Numbered from the stretch's first letter, positions 1 through 15,058 are shown. The stretch: DNA of 64,000 nt from an uncultured Solirubrobacterales bacterium (GCA_963757795.1 CAVWSI010000019.1:11177-75176); one strand, 5' to 3'. Made by a program: numbers and translations. Notes: generated from the letters alone by a model not told the origin.

Positions 1-120
1 CAGGTTTTCGGTGCAGGACTTGAAACACCAGGGCATGGCACATCTGGTTGTCGGAGGAGAGATGAAATCCTCGTCGAAGATATGGAAAGCTAATCCTGAA
101 AACCGGTGCATCACACACGA

Positions 121-580
121 TCACGTCAATCGGCTCGAGGCTGTCATCCGAGAACCGCACCGGTCGCGCTCCGTCAGGCGATGCCCGGGTTCCACCTCAC
201 CTCGCTGGGCCATCCGACCGAGGACGTCGGCCGACAGGGTCGGGTGGGCTTCGAGCGGCCTGTGGTCCGGTTTGGGCAGTCCATAGCGCTCCACCTCACC
301 GACCACGAGCCGGTAGATGCCTCGGAAGAACAACTGGCGCAGCCGGAACGGGGATCAGCGGTGTCAGACGACTGACCGCGATCTGGTCGATTTGCCGTCC
401 GAACGCGTACTTGGGCACAGGCGGACGACAGCCCGTTCTGGTTCGCGAGCACCCAGGTTGCCGCCGACCCGGTCCGAGTTCTCGAAGCAGTCGACCGGGA
501 TCTCTCGCTCGGCCAGCGCCTTGGGGCCGCGATGCCCGACGAGCCGGCCCCGATCACGCAGGCGCTCGGTAGGCCAGCCA
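121..580 (-). pseudogene. flavin-containing monooxygenase relic
   Basis: N-terminal FAD motif ACVIGAGSSGIAA..KALAERE IPVDCFENSDRVGGN joined directly to a mid-protein FMO segment YGLPKPDHRPLEAHPTLS; most of the protein is missing. Confidence 0.75.
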
Positions 581-613
581 CGGGCCGACCGTAACAACGC
601 CCGTTCGCGACCG

Positions 614-1633
614 TCAAGCCTGGACCGGCACGCTCTCCTCGCGCCGGTGCGCCTTGCCGCGGGCGATCACCTCCCGGAAGCTGCGCAGGCGGAAGATCAG
701 CACGAGCGCGGCGAATCCGCTCGCGGTGGTGAGCACCGCGATGGCGATCTGCTGCCCGACCGAGAATGAAGCCACGTACGGGCTCCCCGCGAAGATCGCG
801 ACGAGCAGCGCCTGCTGCACCCCGGCGCCTCCGGGCGTGAACGGGAACACCGACGCCACGACCTGGACTCCGAGTACGAGCAGCACGTTCCGCACGGACC
901 CGCCGATGTGGAAGGCGTCGAGCAGGGCCCAGTAGGCGGCGAACCGAAAGACCCAGCTGGCCAACTGCCAGGTGGCCATTTCCCGCCGGTACCGCGGGAA
1001 GTCGCGCAATATGGTCAGGCCCTGGCGCACCCGCTGCCAGAACGCCTTGACGCGCGCCGACAGCAGCGCGAAGGCGACCAGGAAGCCCATGCCGAGCACG
1101 GTCAGCACGAACAGCGTGAAGCGCATGTTCGAGGCGAAGAAGCTGATGTCGAAGGCGGGCAGCTTCGAGAAGTCGGGCGGCTTGGGGAACACCCCCTGGG
1201 TGAACGCGAAGCACATCACAAGCAGTCCCATGAACCAGTCGAACACCACTCCCGTGGCCAGCGACGAGGCGACCGTGGGATACGTGCTCGGCGGGATCGC
1301 CAGACGGGTCAGGAACAGCTGGGCGAGGTTCCCCCCTCCCAGCGGGAACACGTTGTTGATCGCGTAGCCGACCATGTAGGCCCCCCACACGTCGCGCCAC
1401 CGGATCCGCTCCCGGGGATAGGCCGCCCGCAGGGCGTTGAACAGCGCGCGGGAGCGCAACAGGAGGTACACGGCATATAGGGCCAACCCGAGCAGCAGAG
1501 AGACCCAGCTCAGGCTGGCCAGCTGCGAGAGGAACGTCCCGATCGAGTTGATCAGGCCGTCGACGGTCGAACCGATCGACGCGTGGTGGTGGGCGCCCAG
1601 CGCCGAGACCGTGGCTGCCGCGAGCCCTTGCAT
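614..1633 (-). CDS. lysylphosphatidylglycerol synthase TM / flippase-like (UPF0104) membrane protein
   Basis: Multi-TM ORF with family-type motifs GYAINNVFPLGGG and FPFTPGGAGVQQ; ATG at 1633. Confidence 0.75.
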   Translation of the reverse strand: MQGLAAATVSALGAHHHASIGSTVDGLINSIGTFLSQLASLSWVSLLLGLALYAVYLLLRSRALFNALRAAYPRERIRWRDVWGAYMVGYAINNVFPLGGGNLAQLFLTRLAIPPSTYPTVASSLATGVVFDWFMGLLVMCFAFTQGVFPKPPDFSKLPAFDISFFASNMRFTLFVLTVLGMGFLVAFALLSARVKAFWQRVRQGLTILRDFPRYRREMATWQLASWVFRFAAYWALLDAFHIGGSVRNVLLVLGVQVVASVFPFTPGGAGVQQALLVAIFAGSPYVASFSVGQQIAIAVLTTASGFAALVLIFRLRSFREVIARGKAHRREESVPVQA

Positions 1634-1640
1634 GAAGCCA

Positions 1641-1682
1641 TTAAAAAGCCCGGGGGGCCCAGATCCATCTGGACCCCCCGGA
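1641..1682 (-). terminator. intrinsic terminator-like hairpin + U tract just upstream of the 1633 start codon
   Basis: Minus strand reads CCGGGGGGTCCAGAT-GG-ATCTGGGCCCCCCGG-GCTTTTTAA. Confidence 0.7.
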
Positions 1683-1805
1683 GAGTCAGGGAAGTGGGGG
1701 CGCAGTTCCCTGACCGACAGGGGCGAGTTTCCCCGTCCCAAGCTGTCTCTAAACCAAAACTTTCTCGCCGGTCTTCGTGCTGGCCGCTCCGCCCGCGAAT
1801 CCCGG
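1641..1805 (-). ncRNA. candidate structured small RNA or attenuating leader
   Basis: Extended -10 TGcTAGGCT (~1811-1819), hairpin GTCAGGGAA-(C-rich loop)-TTCCCTGAC, then a terminator; no convincing ORF. Confidence 0.4.
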
Positions 1806-1939
1806 CCGCAAGCCTAGCATTCCCAAGCCGGATTGGGGTCAAACTTCGGCAGCATTTGCACGATTTCTGAGCCATCCCGACCTATCGGCGGGCGGCGACG
1901 AAATACCGGCTCAGGAGCCGCGGCGCGGCCCCGAGACGC

Positions 1940-2362
1940 TTATCCGGCCGCGGTCAGCTCAGGACCGTCACGGAGCTGGAGAACAGGCTCCCGGGGTTCA
2001 GCAGGACCACGAGCCGCTCGCCAATCTCCGCGATCGAATCGATGATCGCCGCATCGGCGCCCAGGCGCGACTTCGATCTGATCGCGGTCGACCATCAGCA
2101 CCTCCTCGACCCCGTCGACGATCACCCCGACGATCTCCGATCCGGTCTCGACGATCACGATCTTGCTGTGTTCTCCGACCTCGGACGTGGCGCCCAGGCG
2201 CTCAGCCAGGTCATGGACCGGGACGAGATGCCCGCGCAGGCTGAGCACCCCCTGGATCCACGGCTCGGTCGATGCGACCGGACGCGGCTTGGTGTAGCGG
2301 ATGATCTCCCGCACGTGCTCGATCGGCAGCGCGTACTCCTCGGTGCCGAGCACGAAGACCGA
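1940..2362 (-). CDS. cheW: CheW-like chemotaxis adaptor (frameshifted, start codon not evident)
   Basis: VFVLGTEEYALPIEHVREII..IQGVLSLRGHLVPVHDLAERLG..IVIVE..VGVIVDGVEEV; frameshift ~2060; in-frame TAG just upstream. Confidence 0.8.
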   Translation of the reverse strand, partial: SVFVLGTEEYALPIEHVREIIRYTKPRPVASTEPWIQGVLSLRGHLVPVHDLAERLGATSEVGEHSKIVIVETGSEIVGVIVDGVEEVLMVDRDQIEVAPGRRCGDHRFDRGDWRAARGPAEPREPVLQLRDGPELTAAG

Positions 2363-2405
2363 TCTCTATGAGAACTGATTGGTGTGCCAACGAGTGAGGG
2401 AACTC

Positions 2406-3981
2406 TTAGCGGCCCTGCGCGCCGGGGCCGGTGAAGAACTCCTCACCGGCCCGCACCGTCCCGGCCGCCTCCGCCTCGTGGCGCAGGGTTCGGTCGGCCT
2501 CGCCGCTCCAGGCGCCGATGGCCAGCATCTCCCGGTCGGCGTCCATCGGGCTGCCGCCGAGGTCCTTGTTGACGACCCGCGCGCACTTGCGTCCCTCGGC
2601 GATCGCGGTGACCACCAGCGACTGGCCGATGCGGGCGTCGCCACAGGCGTACACCCCGGGCGTGGAGCTGCGGTAGGTCATCTCGGTGCGGATGTTGCCG
2701 CGCCGGTCGAGCTCGAGGTCCAACTGCTCGACCGCGCCGGCGCGCTCGGGCCCCTCGAAGCCGATCGCGACCAGCACCAGATCGGCCTCCAGCACGAACT
2801 CCGAGCCGGGCACCGGGGTGAGGTCGCGCGAGGAGGTCCCGGTCACCTTGCGGGCGTACACGTGGCTGACCCGCCCGTCGCGCCCGCCGAACCCGGTGAC
2901 CTCGGTGCCCCAGCGCCGCTTCCCGCCCTCGTCGAGGGCGTAGGTCGTGAGCGTGCGCTTGGGCGGCAGCGGCCAGGGGTGACGCGGATCGCGCCCGTTC
3001 GGCGGGAGCGCCATGTAGACGTCGAGCATGACCACGGCACTCGCGCCCTCGCGGTGGGAGTTCGAGATGCAGTCCATGCCGGTGTCGCCGCCGCCGACCA
3101 CGATGACCCGCTTTCCCGCCGCGGTGATCTCCCGACCCGGCTCGGGGTCGCGGTACGGCCGCCCCTCCTGCTTGGCCACCCACCGGTTGCGCTGGTAGAG
3201 GTACTCCATCGCGGGATGAATCCCCTGCAACGAGCGGCCCTGGCGCGTCGAGGTCGCGCTGCACGCGCGAACCGGTCGCCACCACCACGGCGTCGTGCCG
3301 GTCGCGGATCTCCTGGGCCGAGATGGACTGGCCCACGTCCGTGTCGTAGGCGAACGCGATCCCTTCGGCGGCGAGGATCTCGACCCGCCGGTCGATGATG
3401 CGTTTCTCGAGCTTGGCGTCAGGCACCCCGAAGCGGAGCATGCCGCCCGGCCCCTCGTCGCGCTCATACACGGTTACCGAATGGCCGCAGCGGTTGAGCT
3501 CGTCGGCCGCGGCCAGGCCGGCCGGCCCGGAGCCGATCACCGCCACCCGTTTGCCGGTTCGCCGGGCCGGCGGGTCGGGGACCACCCAACCTTCCTCGAA
3601 GGCGCGCTCGGCGATCGCCAGTTCGATCTGCTCGATGGTCACCGGGTCGTCGTTGATGTTCAGCACGCAGGCCGACTCGCACGGCGCCGGGCAGATACGA
3701 CCGGTGAACTCCGGAAAGTTGTTTGTGGCGTGCAGCTGGTCGATGGCCTCCCGCCACTTGCCGCGGTAGACGAGGTCGTTCCAATCGGGGATCAGGTTGC
3801 CGAGCGGGCAGCCCTCGTGGCAGAAGGGGATCCCGCAGTCCATGCACCTGGCCCCCTGGCGGCGCAGCTCTTCGTCCGGCTGCAGCCCGAAGTACTGCCG
3901 GTAGTCATGCACCCGCTCCTCCGGATCGCGCTTGTCGAAGCCGACTCGGTGGATCTTCAGGAACGCGCCCAGCTCGCCCAT
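2406..3981 (-). CDS. gltD: glutamate synthase small subunit (one frameshift ~3240)
   Basis: ARCMDCGIPFC, NNFPEFTGRICPAPCE, GSGPAG, GGGDTGMDC, GDARIGQSLVV; follows gltB. Confidence 0.95.
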
Positions 3982-3986
3982 CGTGC

Positions 3987-8495
<4,509 letters not shown>

Positions 8496-8656
8496 GTGAA
8501 GAGGATGCAGACTGGAGCGGCGCGCGCTCTCGAGGAGCGTTCGCGAAGAGTACCAGCGGTTGTTAGGGGGTCGTTAGCGTCACGGAATCAACGGCCGGGC
8601 GGGGGCGCCGCTCACGGAGCCCGACCAGCCTGAAAGAATCTCACACACTCTCCGGG

Positions 8657-8672
8657 ACTGGTACGTACCAGT
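8657..8672. promoter_or_regulatory. perfect 16-bp palindrome, GntR-family operator-like, upstream of gltB
   Basis: ACTGGTACGTACCAGT is its own reverse complement; TGGT-N4-ACCA core. Confidence 0.55.
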
Positions 8673-8735
8673 ACCAGGCTGTGCACGTACCGGTGAGGTG
8701 GAGGGAGATTCTTGGGAGCCGGAGCCGGAGAGAAC

Positions 8736-9620
8736 CTAACTCTTGGCCTTGGCCCGGCTGCGCCGTGCGCTGCCGTCGCCGTCGGCGCTCTTGGCCGGCG
8801 CGCGCCGGCGCGGCTTCGGCTCCGGCTCGTCGTCCGGGCCGCTGCGTACCGCGGCCAGGCTGGCCTCGAGCGCGGCCATCAGGTCGGGGGCGGCGGCCGG
8901 CTCCTCGGCCTGCGGCTGGATCGCGATCTCCTCGCCGGCGGCCTTGCGCTCGATCAGGTCGAGCACCTGCTCGCGGTACTCGTCGTGGAATTTCTCGGGC
9001 TCGAACTGCGAGGAGAGCGACTCGATCAGCTGCTCGGCCATCTTGAGCTCGCGGTCGGTGGCCTGGGCCTCCTCGATCTCGCCGATCTCGTCCAGGCGAT
9101 CGGGCGAGAGCACCTCGTCGCCCCACAGCATCGTGGTCAGCGCGAGCACGTCGCCGGTGGGGCGCAGCGCGCACAGCTGCTGCTTGGAGCGGATGACGAC
9201 CTTGCCGATGCCGACCTTGCCCGACTCGCGCATCGCGTCGAGCAGCAGCCGGTACGCCTTGACCCCGCCGGCCGTGGGGGCCAGGTAGTAGTTGTGGTCG
9301 TAGTAGATCGGGTCGATCTCCGACAGGTCGACGAACTCCTCGATGTCGACGGTCTTGGTCGCCTTGGGATCGAGCGCCTCGAGTTCCTCGTTGGTGATCA
9401 GCACGTACCGATCGGGCGTGATCTCATAGCCCTTGACGATCTCCTCGTAGGGCACTTCCTCGTCGGTCGTCGGATCCACCCGCTTCTGGCGGATCCTCGC
9501 GCCGGTCTTGCTCGAGAGCTGGTTGAACCGGACGGTCTTGGGCGACGTCGCCGTGTACAGCTTCACGGGCACGTTGACCAGCCCGAAGCTGATCGCGCCT
9601 GACCAGATTGCACGAGCCAT
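8736..9620 (-). CDS. ku: non-homologous end-joining protein Ku
   Basis: MARAIWSGAISFGLVNVPVKLY, IVKGYE, DLMAALEASL, basic C-terminal tail. Confidence 0.96.
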   Translation of the reverse strand: MARAIWSGAISFGLVNVPVKLYTATSPKTVRFNQLSSKTGARIRQKRVDPTTDEEVPYEEIVKGYEITPDRYVLITNEELEALDPKATKTVDIEEFVDLSEIDPIYYDHNYYLAPTAGGVKAYRLLLDAMRESGKVGIGKVVIRSKQQLCALRPTGDVLALTTMLWGDEVLSPDRLDEIGEIEEAQATDRELKMAEQLIESLSSQFEPEKFHDEYREQVLDLIERKAAGEEIAIQPQAEEPAAAPDLMAALEASLAAVRSGPDDEPEPKPRRRAPAKSADGDGSARRSRAKAKS

Positions 9621-9677
9621 ATGAGGTTTGTATAGCGAACCGCGGCCGTGAGCAAGGCGTGACGGCCGGCTTGCCAA

Positions 9678-9726
9678 GGACTTTGGCGCTGAAGCTGCGC
9701 ATACGGCAGCTCCAGCGCCAAAGTCC
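9678..9726. repeat. REP-like long hairpin between divergent ku and sigma genes
   Basis: GGACTTTGGCGCTG/CAGCGCCAAAGTCC 14-bp outer stem plus AGCTGC/GCAGCT inner stem, loop GCATACG. Confidence 0.75.
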
Positions 9727-9730
9727 GTTC

Positions 9731-9755
9731 TCACGCCACCGTTTCCGTCTACGTT
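9731..9755 (+). promoter_or_regulatory. possible ECF-type promoter (autoregulatory, near-leaderless)
   Basis: TCACG-N16-CGTT ending 9 nt before the GTG at 9765. Confidence 0.4.
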
Positions 9756-9764
9756 CCATCCGCA

Positions 9765-10235
9765 GTGCGGCTTCCGCCCTTCCAGACCCTGCTCGACGCC
9801 CACGGTGCGGACGTCCACCGTTTCCTGGTGGCGAGCGTCGGCCGCGTCGACGCGGACGACTGCTATCAGGAGACCTGGCTGGCCGCCCTTCGGGCCTACC
9901 CGAGGCTGCGCGACACCTCCAACCTGCGCGGCTGGATCTTCACCGTCGCTCATCGCAAGGTGATCGACCACGTGCGGACACGGCGCCGAATCGCGGTACC
10001 GGTCGGCGACGTACCCGAGACGGCGGCCAGCCCCGGGCCGCCGGCGCCAGCGGACGACGACCTGTGGGCCCGCGTCCGCGAGCTTCCCGCCAAGCAGCGC
10101 ACCGCTCTCGCCCTGCGCTACGTGACCGACGCCGGCTACGACGAGATCGCCGCGGTCATGGAGACGAGCGAGGAGGCGGCGCGCCGCAACGTCCACGAAG
10201 CCTTGAAACGACTGCGAACGGAGTACAGACCATGA
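9765..10235 (+). CDS. ECF RNA polymerase sigma factor
   Basis: Region 2 DADDCYQETWLAALR..LRGWIFTVAHRK; region 4 LPAKQRTALALRY..YDEIAAVM..AARRNVHEAL. Confidence 0.92.
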   Translation: MRLPPFQTLLDAHGADVHRFLVASVGRVDADDCYQETWLAALRAYPRLRDTSNLRGWIFTVAHRKVIDHVRTRRRIAVPVGDVPETAASPGPPAPADDDLWARVRELPAKQRTALALRYVTDAGYDEIAAVMETSEEAARRNVHEALKRLRTEYRP

Positions 10236-10843
10236 TCGACCTCGAGCACGAACTGAGGCGCCGAGTCCCGCCGCCGATCCTTTGCCCGACGTGAGCCAGG
10301 CCGCGGCCGCGGCGGGGCTGATCGACGTCGCCTACGCCACGCTGGACTCGCCGCTCGGCACGCTCCTGCTGGCCGCCACGCCCCGCGGCCTGGCCCGCCT
10401 TGCCTACATCGATTACGCCGGCGAGGAAGCGGTGCTCGAGCAGCTGGCGGCCAAGCTCTCGCCGCGCATCCTGGCCGCCCCGGCCAAGCTGGACGAACCC
10501 CGGCGCGAGCTCGACGAGTACTTCGCCGGCGTCCGCCGGCGCTTCGAGATCCCACTCGATTGGGGGCTCACGCCGAGGGTTCGGCCGGCGGGTGCTCCAG
10601 GCGACGGCGAAGATCCCCTACGGCGCCACCGCCACCTACAAGCAGGTGGCGGCGCAGGCGGGCAGCCCGCTGGCCTCGCGCGCCGCCGGCAACGCACTCG
10701 GCTCCAATCCGATTCCGATCATCGTCCCCTGCCACCGCATCCTGCACTCGGGCGGGGGCCTGGGCGGCTACACCGGCGGGGTGGAGAAGAAGCGGCTACT
10801 GCTGACCGTGGAGAGCGGGCAGGCGCCGCTCTCCAATCGGTAG
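10232..10843 (+). CDS. ogt: methylated-DNA--protein-cysteine methyltransferase (two frameshifts)
   Basis: DSPLGTLLLAAT, IPYGATATY, RAAGNALGSNPIPIIVPCHR; ATGA overlap with sigma stop. Confidence 0.92.
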
Positions 10844-10866
10844 TGCCGCTCCGGCGGCGCGCCCCC

Positions 10867-13633
10867 TCAGCAGGCGATCCGGCCCGGGGCGTTCGGCCCG
10901 GCACTCGATGGGCACGCCACGACACGCGGTGTGACCTGAACCGCCGCCCTCGCCGCCACGGCGGAGAAATTCGAGCCGGTGAGCCGACCGCGCACCGCCA
11001 GCGTCGCCGGCGAGGCCGGCGACCGACCGACCCGGGCTGACATCCGGAAGCTCTGCGGATGGCCGGCGACGAGGTCCTCGGCGCGCCAGCACACCCGCGC
11101 CCGCACGACGGTCGCGCTGCGGCGCGGAGACCAGCTGCAGCCCGGGCGGGAGGGTCACGCAAACCTGCGCGGCCACTCCCGGGACCGGCTTGGCCACCGC
11201 TGCCATGACCACGAACCCCACGACCTTGCCGGCGTTTGCCACGGGCCGGACCGGGACGATCCGCAGGCGGCCGGTTGTGTTGCGCGCTTGGATCCGCGCG
11301 GCTGGCATGGGAGGTGTTGTTGCCGACGTTGGGATCCGACCTGATCGGCGCTGACGGTGGCGGTGTCCAGCAGCTGACCGGGGCCGAGCGGCCGCAGCGA
11401 CAGCTCGATCGTCTGGCTCGACTGCGCGGGAAGGCTCGCGAGTGAGCATTCGAGCGGGACGGTCGAACCGCACGATGGCCGCCCCTGGAGCGACGTCGAG
11501 GAGTTCTGTCGCGGCGTCCAGGACATCGGTGATCTCCACGCCGGTGGCGGCGGTCGGCCCGTCGTTCACCACCGTGACCGTCTCGGTCACCTTACCCCCG
11601 ACCGACCCGGTGGCCGGGCTCTCGTGGACCTCGAGCGACCGAGGTCGGCGCGTCTGGGTGACCGCCGCCGGCCGGCTGCGGTGCCGGAGCGGTTGCCTCG
11701 TCGGCGTTGTTGCCGGGGTGCGCGTCGAACTGAGGCGCAACCACGGACGCCTCGGTGGGAGAGCCGGCGGCTGGCCTCGCCCGCCGGCTCGTGGCATGAT
11801 CACGTCGACCACCACCGCGCCGCCGGGATCGAGGTGCGGCACAGTGCACGTGGCCATGCTCCCCGTCGCCGAGCATGAGCCTTGATCGGTGCCGGCGGAA
11901 TCGACCGCGGACCCCGGCGGCGCGGTGTCGCGGACGATCGACGTCGGTGGCGGCCGAGGGGCCGTGGTTGTCGATCACGATCTGGTCGTCGACGGTGTCA
12001 GATGCCACCGGTCTCCGGCGCCACCGTCTCGGTCTCGCGTCGTCGACAGATCGGCTTCGGGGGGCGGGTGCACGCCAGGCTCAACCTTGATCGTGGCCGG
12101 CGAGGACAGGGCGCCCGAGCTGCTTGTTCAGGGTCGGGGCCAGGAACGTGGCCTGCGCGACATCGGTGATCGCTTGCTCGCTGAGTTATGTTCTCGTCCA
12201 CGCGTGCCTCGAAGGCGACCTGCGGCCCGGTCACCGGATTGCCCGGCCGCCGCCAGCTCGCCGCCCGCGCCGGCCGTGGCGCCCGACGCCGAGGAAGAAG
12301 CGCGCCGTCCGTGCCGAGGCTTGGTAGTCGCCGAGGTCGTCCCCGGCGAGATCGCTCGGGCGTCCGCCTGACCCGCCGGCGCGCCGGGGATGCGCAGCGA
12401 CCCGGGAAGGTAGGTCGATGCCCGCCGGCAGTGGGTCCTCGGCCACGAAGCTGCGGGCTGCCTCGAGGCCGTCATTGGCGTAGGTCACCGTGTAGCGAAG
12501 AACGTCGCCACCGTGCCCCGGCGGGCACCCGGATGGGTCAGGTTCTCAACGGTCTTCGTGGCGTGGATCACCGGCGCGTAGAGGTCGGTGGCGAACGTGA
12601 TCGACGTGCGGCAGGTACTGGTCGCTCGAGGTCTTGAGCGCGATGCGGGCGCTCGTCGCACGCGTTGGGCGAGGAAACCGCTGATCCCGATCAGGTTCGC
12701 GTCGAACCCAAGCTGGTTCGCATAGTCGGGCGTCTTGTCGGTGAAGTTGCGGCCGTCGACGGAGATCGTGCTGTTGAAGAAGTTGGTGGCGGGATTGACC
12801 GCATCGGTCAGCGGCTTGCCGTCGAGCGCTCGCGCTGTCCCCGTTCAGGCCAAGATCGCCCTCGTAGGTGACGAACCCGAGCCTGGTGCGAACCGGCCCG
12901 CTGAGCGGTGTCTGAAAACCGCTGACTGGGATCGTCAACGCCGGCTTGCCCTGGGTCACCGACTGAAGCCCGTCGAACACGGTGAGGTTGCGCGGCGGAT
13001 CGCCGGCGGCCTCGTAGGCCACCACCAGAGCCCAGCCGGCGTAGCGGTCCTCGCCGGTGGCCGGCCTGCACGTTCGCCACCGTGTAGGCGCCGGGTCCGG
13101 CGTGTCGCACCTGAGCGGTGACATCGACGAACACCCCGTACGCGCCCTTGACCTCGGTACTCTCGTCGAGCTGGGCCGGTGAGCCGCTGGAACCTGAGCC
13201 TCCCCGGCAGCTTCAGATCGACCGAGCGCAGGGCGGAAGCGCGCGCCGTCGGGGGCTCGCCTTGCCACGCGTTCCCGCCGTTGTACGCGCGCCGTAGTAC
13301 AGCCCGGCGAAGAGCACCCGGGCGCCGACAGGCAGGCCCAGCCGGGCCGATGAGGAATCGATGCATCAGCCCGGCGACGTCGACTCGTTCCATCGCGAAG
13401 CTGTTGTTGTTCAGCGCGCCGCCCTTCCCGGCACGCGCACCCCCGCAATTCGCCGCCGCGCTCTGACACGTCTCGAGCGTGTTGCCGACCATGGCGATGT
13501 CCCCGTTCGCGTTCGTGCTGAACCGGACGGCGAACCCCCGATCGGCGAGCGCCCGGGCCGGGTGGCCCAGCCCCGCCGCGGCGGCCAGCGTCAGCCCGCA
13601 CCAAGCGGCGAGCATTCCTCGCCTGATCGACAC
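10867..13633 (-). CDS. large secreted DUF11 (Ig-like)-repeat surface protein, heavily frameshifted
   Basis: Signal peptide ending ARALA; N-domain GDIAMVGNT..YAGWALVVAY..NFFNSTIS; repeats TVTYANDG, IDNHGPSAATDV, TVVNDGPTAATGVEITD. Confidence 0.75.
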
Positions 13634-13716
13634 GGCAATTCCCCTCTCCGGTTGGTCATCCCCCGGTGCCGCGCGGACCAGGAGAATGCTAGTCCGGCCG
13701 GAGCGGGGCGGCAACC

Positions 13717-15058
13717 CTACAGCGGGTTGAAGCAGCCGTAGAGCACGAACAGCGGGTTGACCACCTGGTGGCCGTCGGCGTCGCGCATGGTCTGCTGGCC
13801 GACGAACGACGGCGGCGACTGGGCCTTGTAGCAGCCGTTGGCCTGCACGGTCACGTCGTAGCTCACCGGAGTCTGCTGGAACGGGACGGCTCCGGGCTGC
13901 GGGATGAACACGGTCAGCGTGCAGATCCACTCGCCCGGGCCCGACGGTGAGCTGGCACGCCGGCTGCAGCTCGGCAGCACGTTCAGCCGTGCCCCCGGCG
14001 CCACGGCACGGCCGAGCTCGCGCTGCTGGAGCAGCGGTCAGGTTGTTGAAGGTCGTCGTGATGCTGGCCTTCGACCGCGCGGCGGTGACGCCGGCCGGGC
14101 CCCAGTTGCTGGCGATGGCCATGAACGCGATCACCGCCGCCGTTCCCACCGCGACGCGCACCGGGATCGACCCAGCCCGGACGGCGGCTCACGGTGGCGC
14201 CGGTGAAGTCGCGCCGGCGCAGAAGCAGCCACGACGCGCCCAGACAGGCCGCGATCCACACCAGGCTGACCGCCTCCCCGATCACCAGGGGCCCGTAGAA
14301 CGGGTGCGCGACGAACAACGGATGCCAGGCGTCGAAGGCCGAGGCGACCAGCAGCGAGTGCAGCCACACGCCGGTGCCCACAAGGGCCAGCAGCTGCATG
14401 ACCAGGTCGACCACGGCGGGGCCGAGCACGCCGACGATCCCGTTGCGGGTGGCCACCGAGAACAGCACCGCGAGGCTCACGAAGGCCAGCATCGGCGGCA
14501 CGCAGAGCAGCCAGGCCACCGCGACGAGCGCCAGGCAGTGCCCGGTCGAGAGCAGGGTCCCGCTCAGGCTGACCAGGGGGTGCGCGCCGACCAGCAGCAC
14601 GCCGGCGAGCACGCTCGAAGCGGCCAGGAGCCCCAGCAGGCCCACGGCGAACACGGCCACAGCGAGGACCTTGCCGGCGAACAGGTGACGACGCGTGCAA
14701 GATCGGGTGAGCACCGTCTTCCACGTGCCGTGGCGGTCTTCGGAGCCGAACAGGTCGCCGGCCAGTACGCCTGCCATCAGCGGGAGCCCCCACTGGCCGG
14801 CGAACGCCGAGCACAACCAGCGAGACGGCGAAGCCGGACGAATGCACCCACACGCCGTAGAGCGAGTCGGCCGGGCTGCCGCTCTGCACCTTGAGCACCG
14901 CGGCGAACGCGACCGGTCCGAGCACGCAGATCAGCGCCAGCAGACGAGGAGCCAGCTGGCTGGCCAGCTTGCGCCGTTCCACGCGGTAGGCGACGCGCAC
15001 CCCGCCGGCCCGGCGCGCCGGGCGCGCCCGCCACCGCCACGTCCGACACGACGGCGCA
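13717..15058 (-). CDS. ABC-2 type permease with Cys-containing extracytoplasmic C-terminal domain (frameshifted)
   Basis: GDLFGSEDRHGTWKTVLTRS..LFAGKVLA; C-domain ..GEWICTL..ANGCYKA..LYGCFNPL. Confidence 0.8.

Noticed and set aside
1-120. Lower-GC stretch with a 7-bp inverted repeat at the window edge
   Set aside because: Too short and truncated to call an element end
2406-3981. Programmed frameshifting in gltD or other split genes
   Set aside because: No slippery heptamers evident; the indel frequency across unrelated genes points to sequencing error
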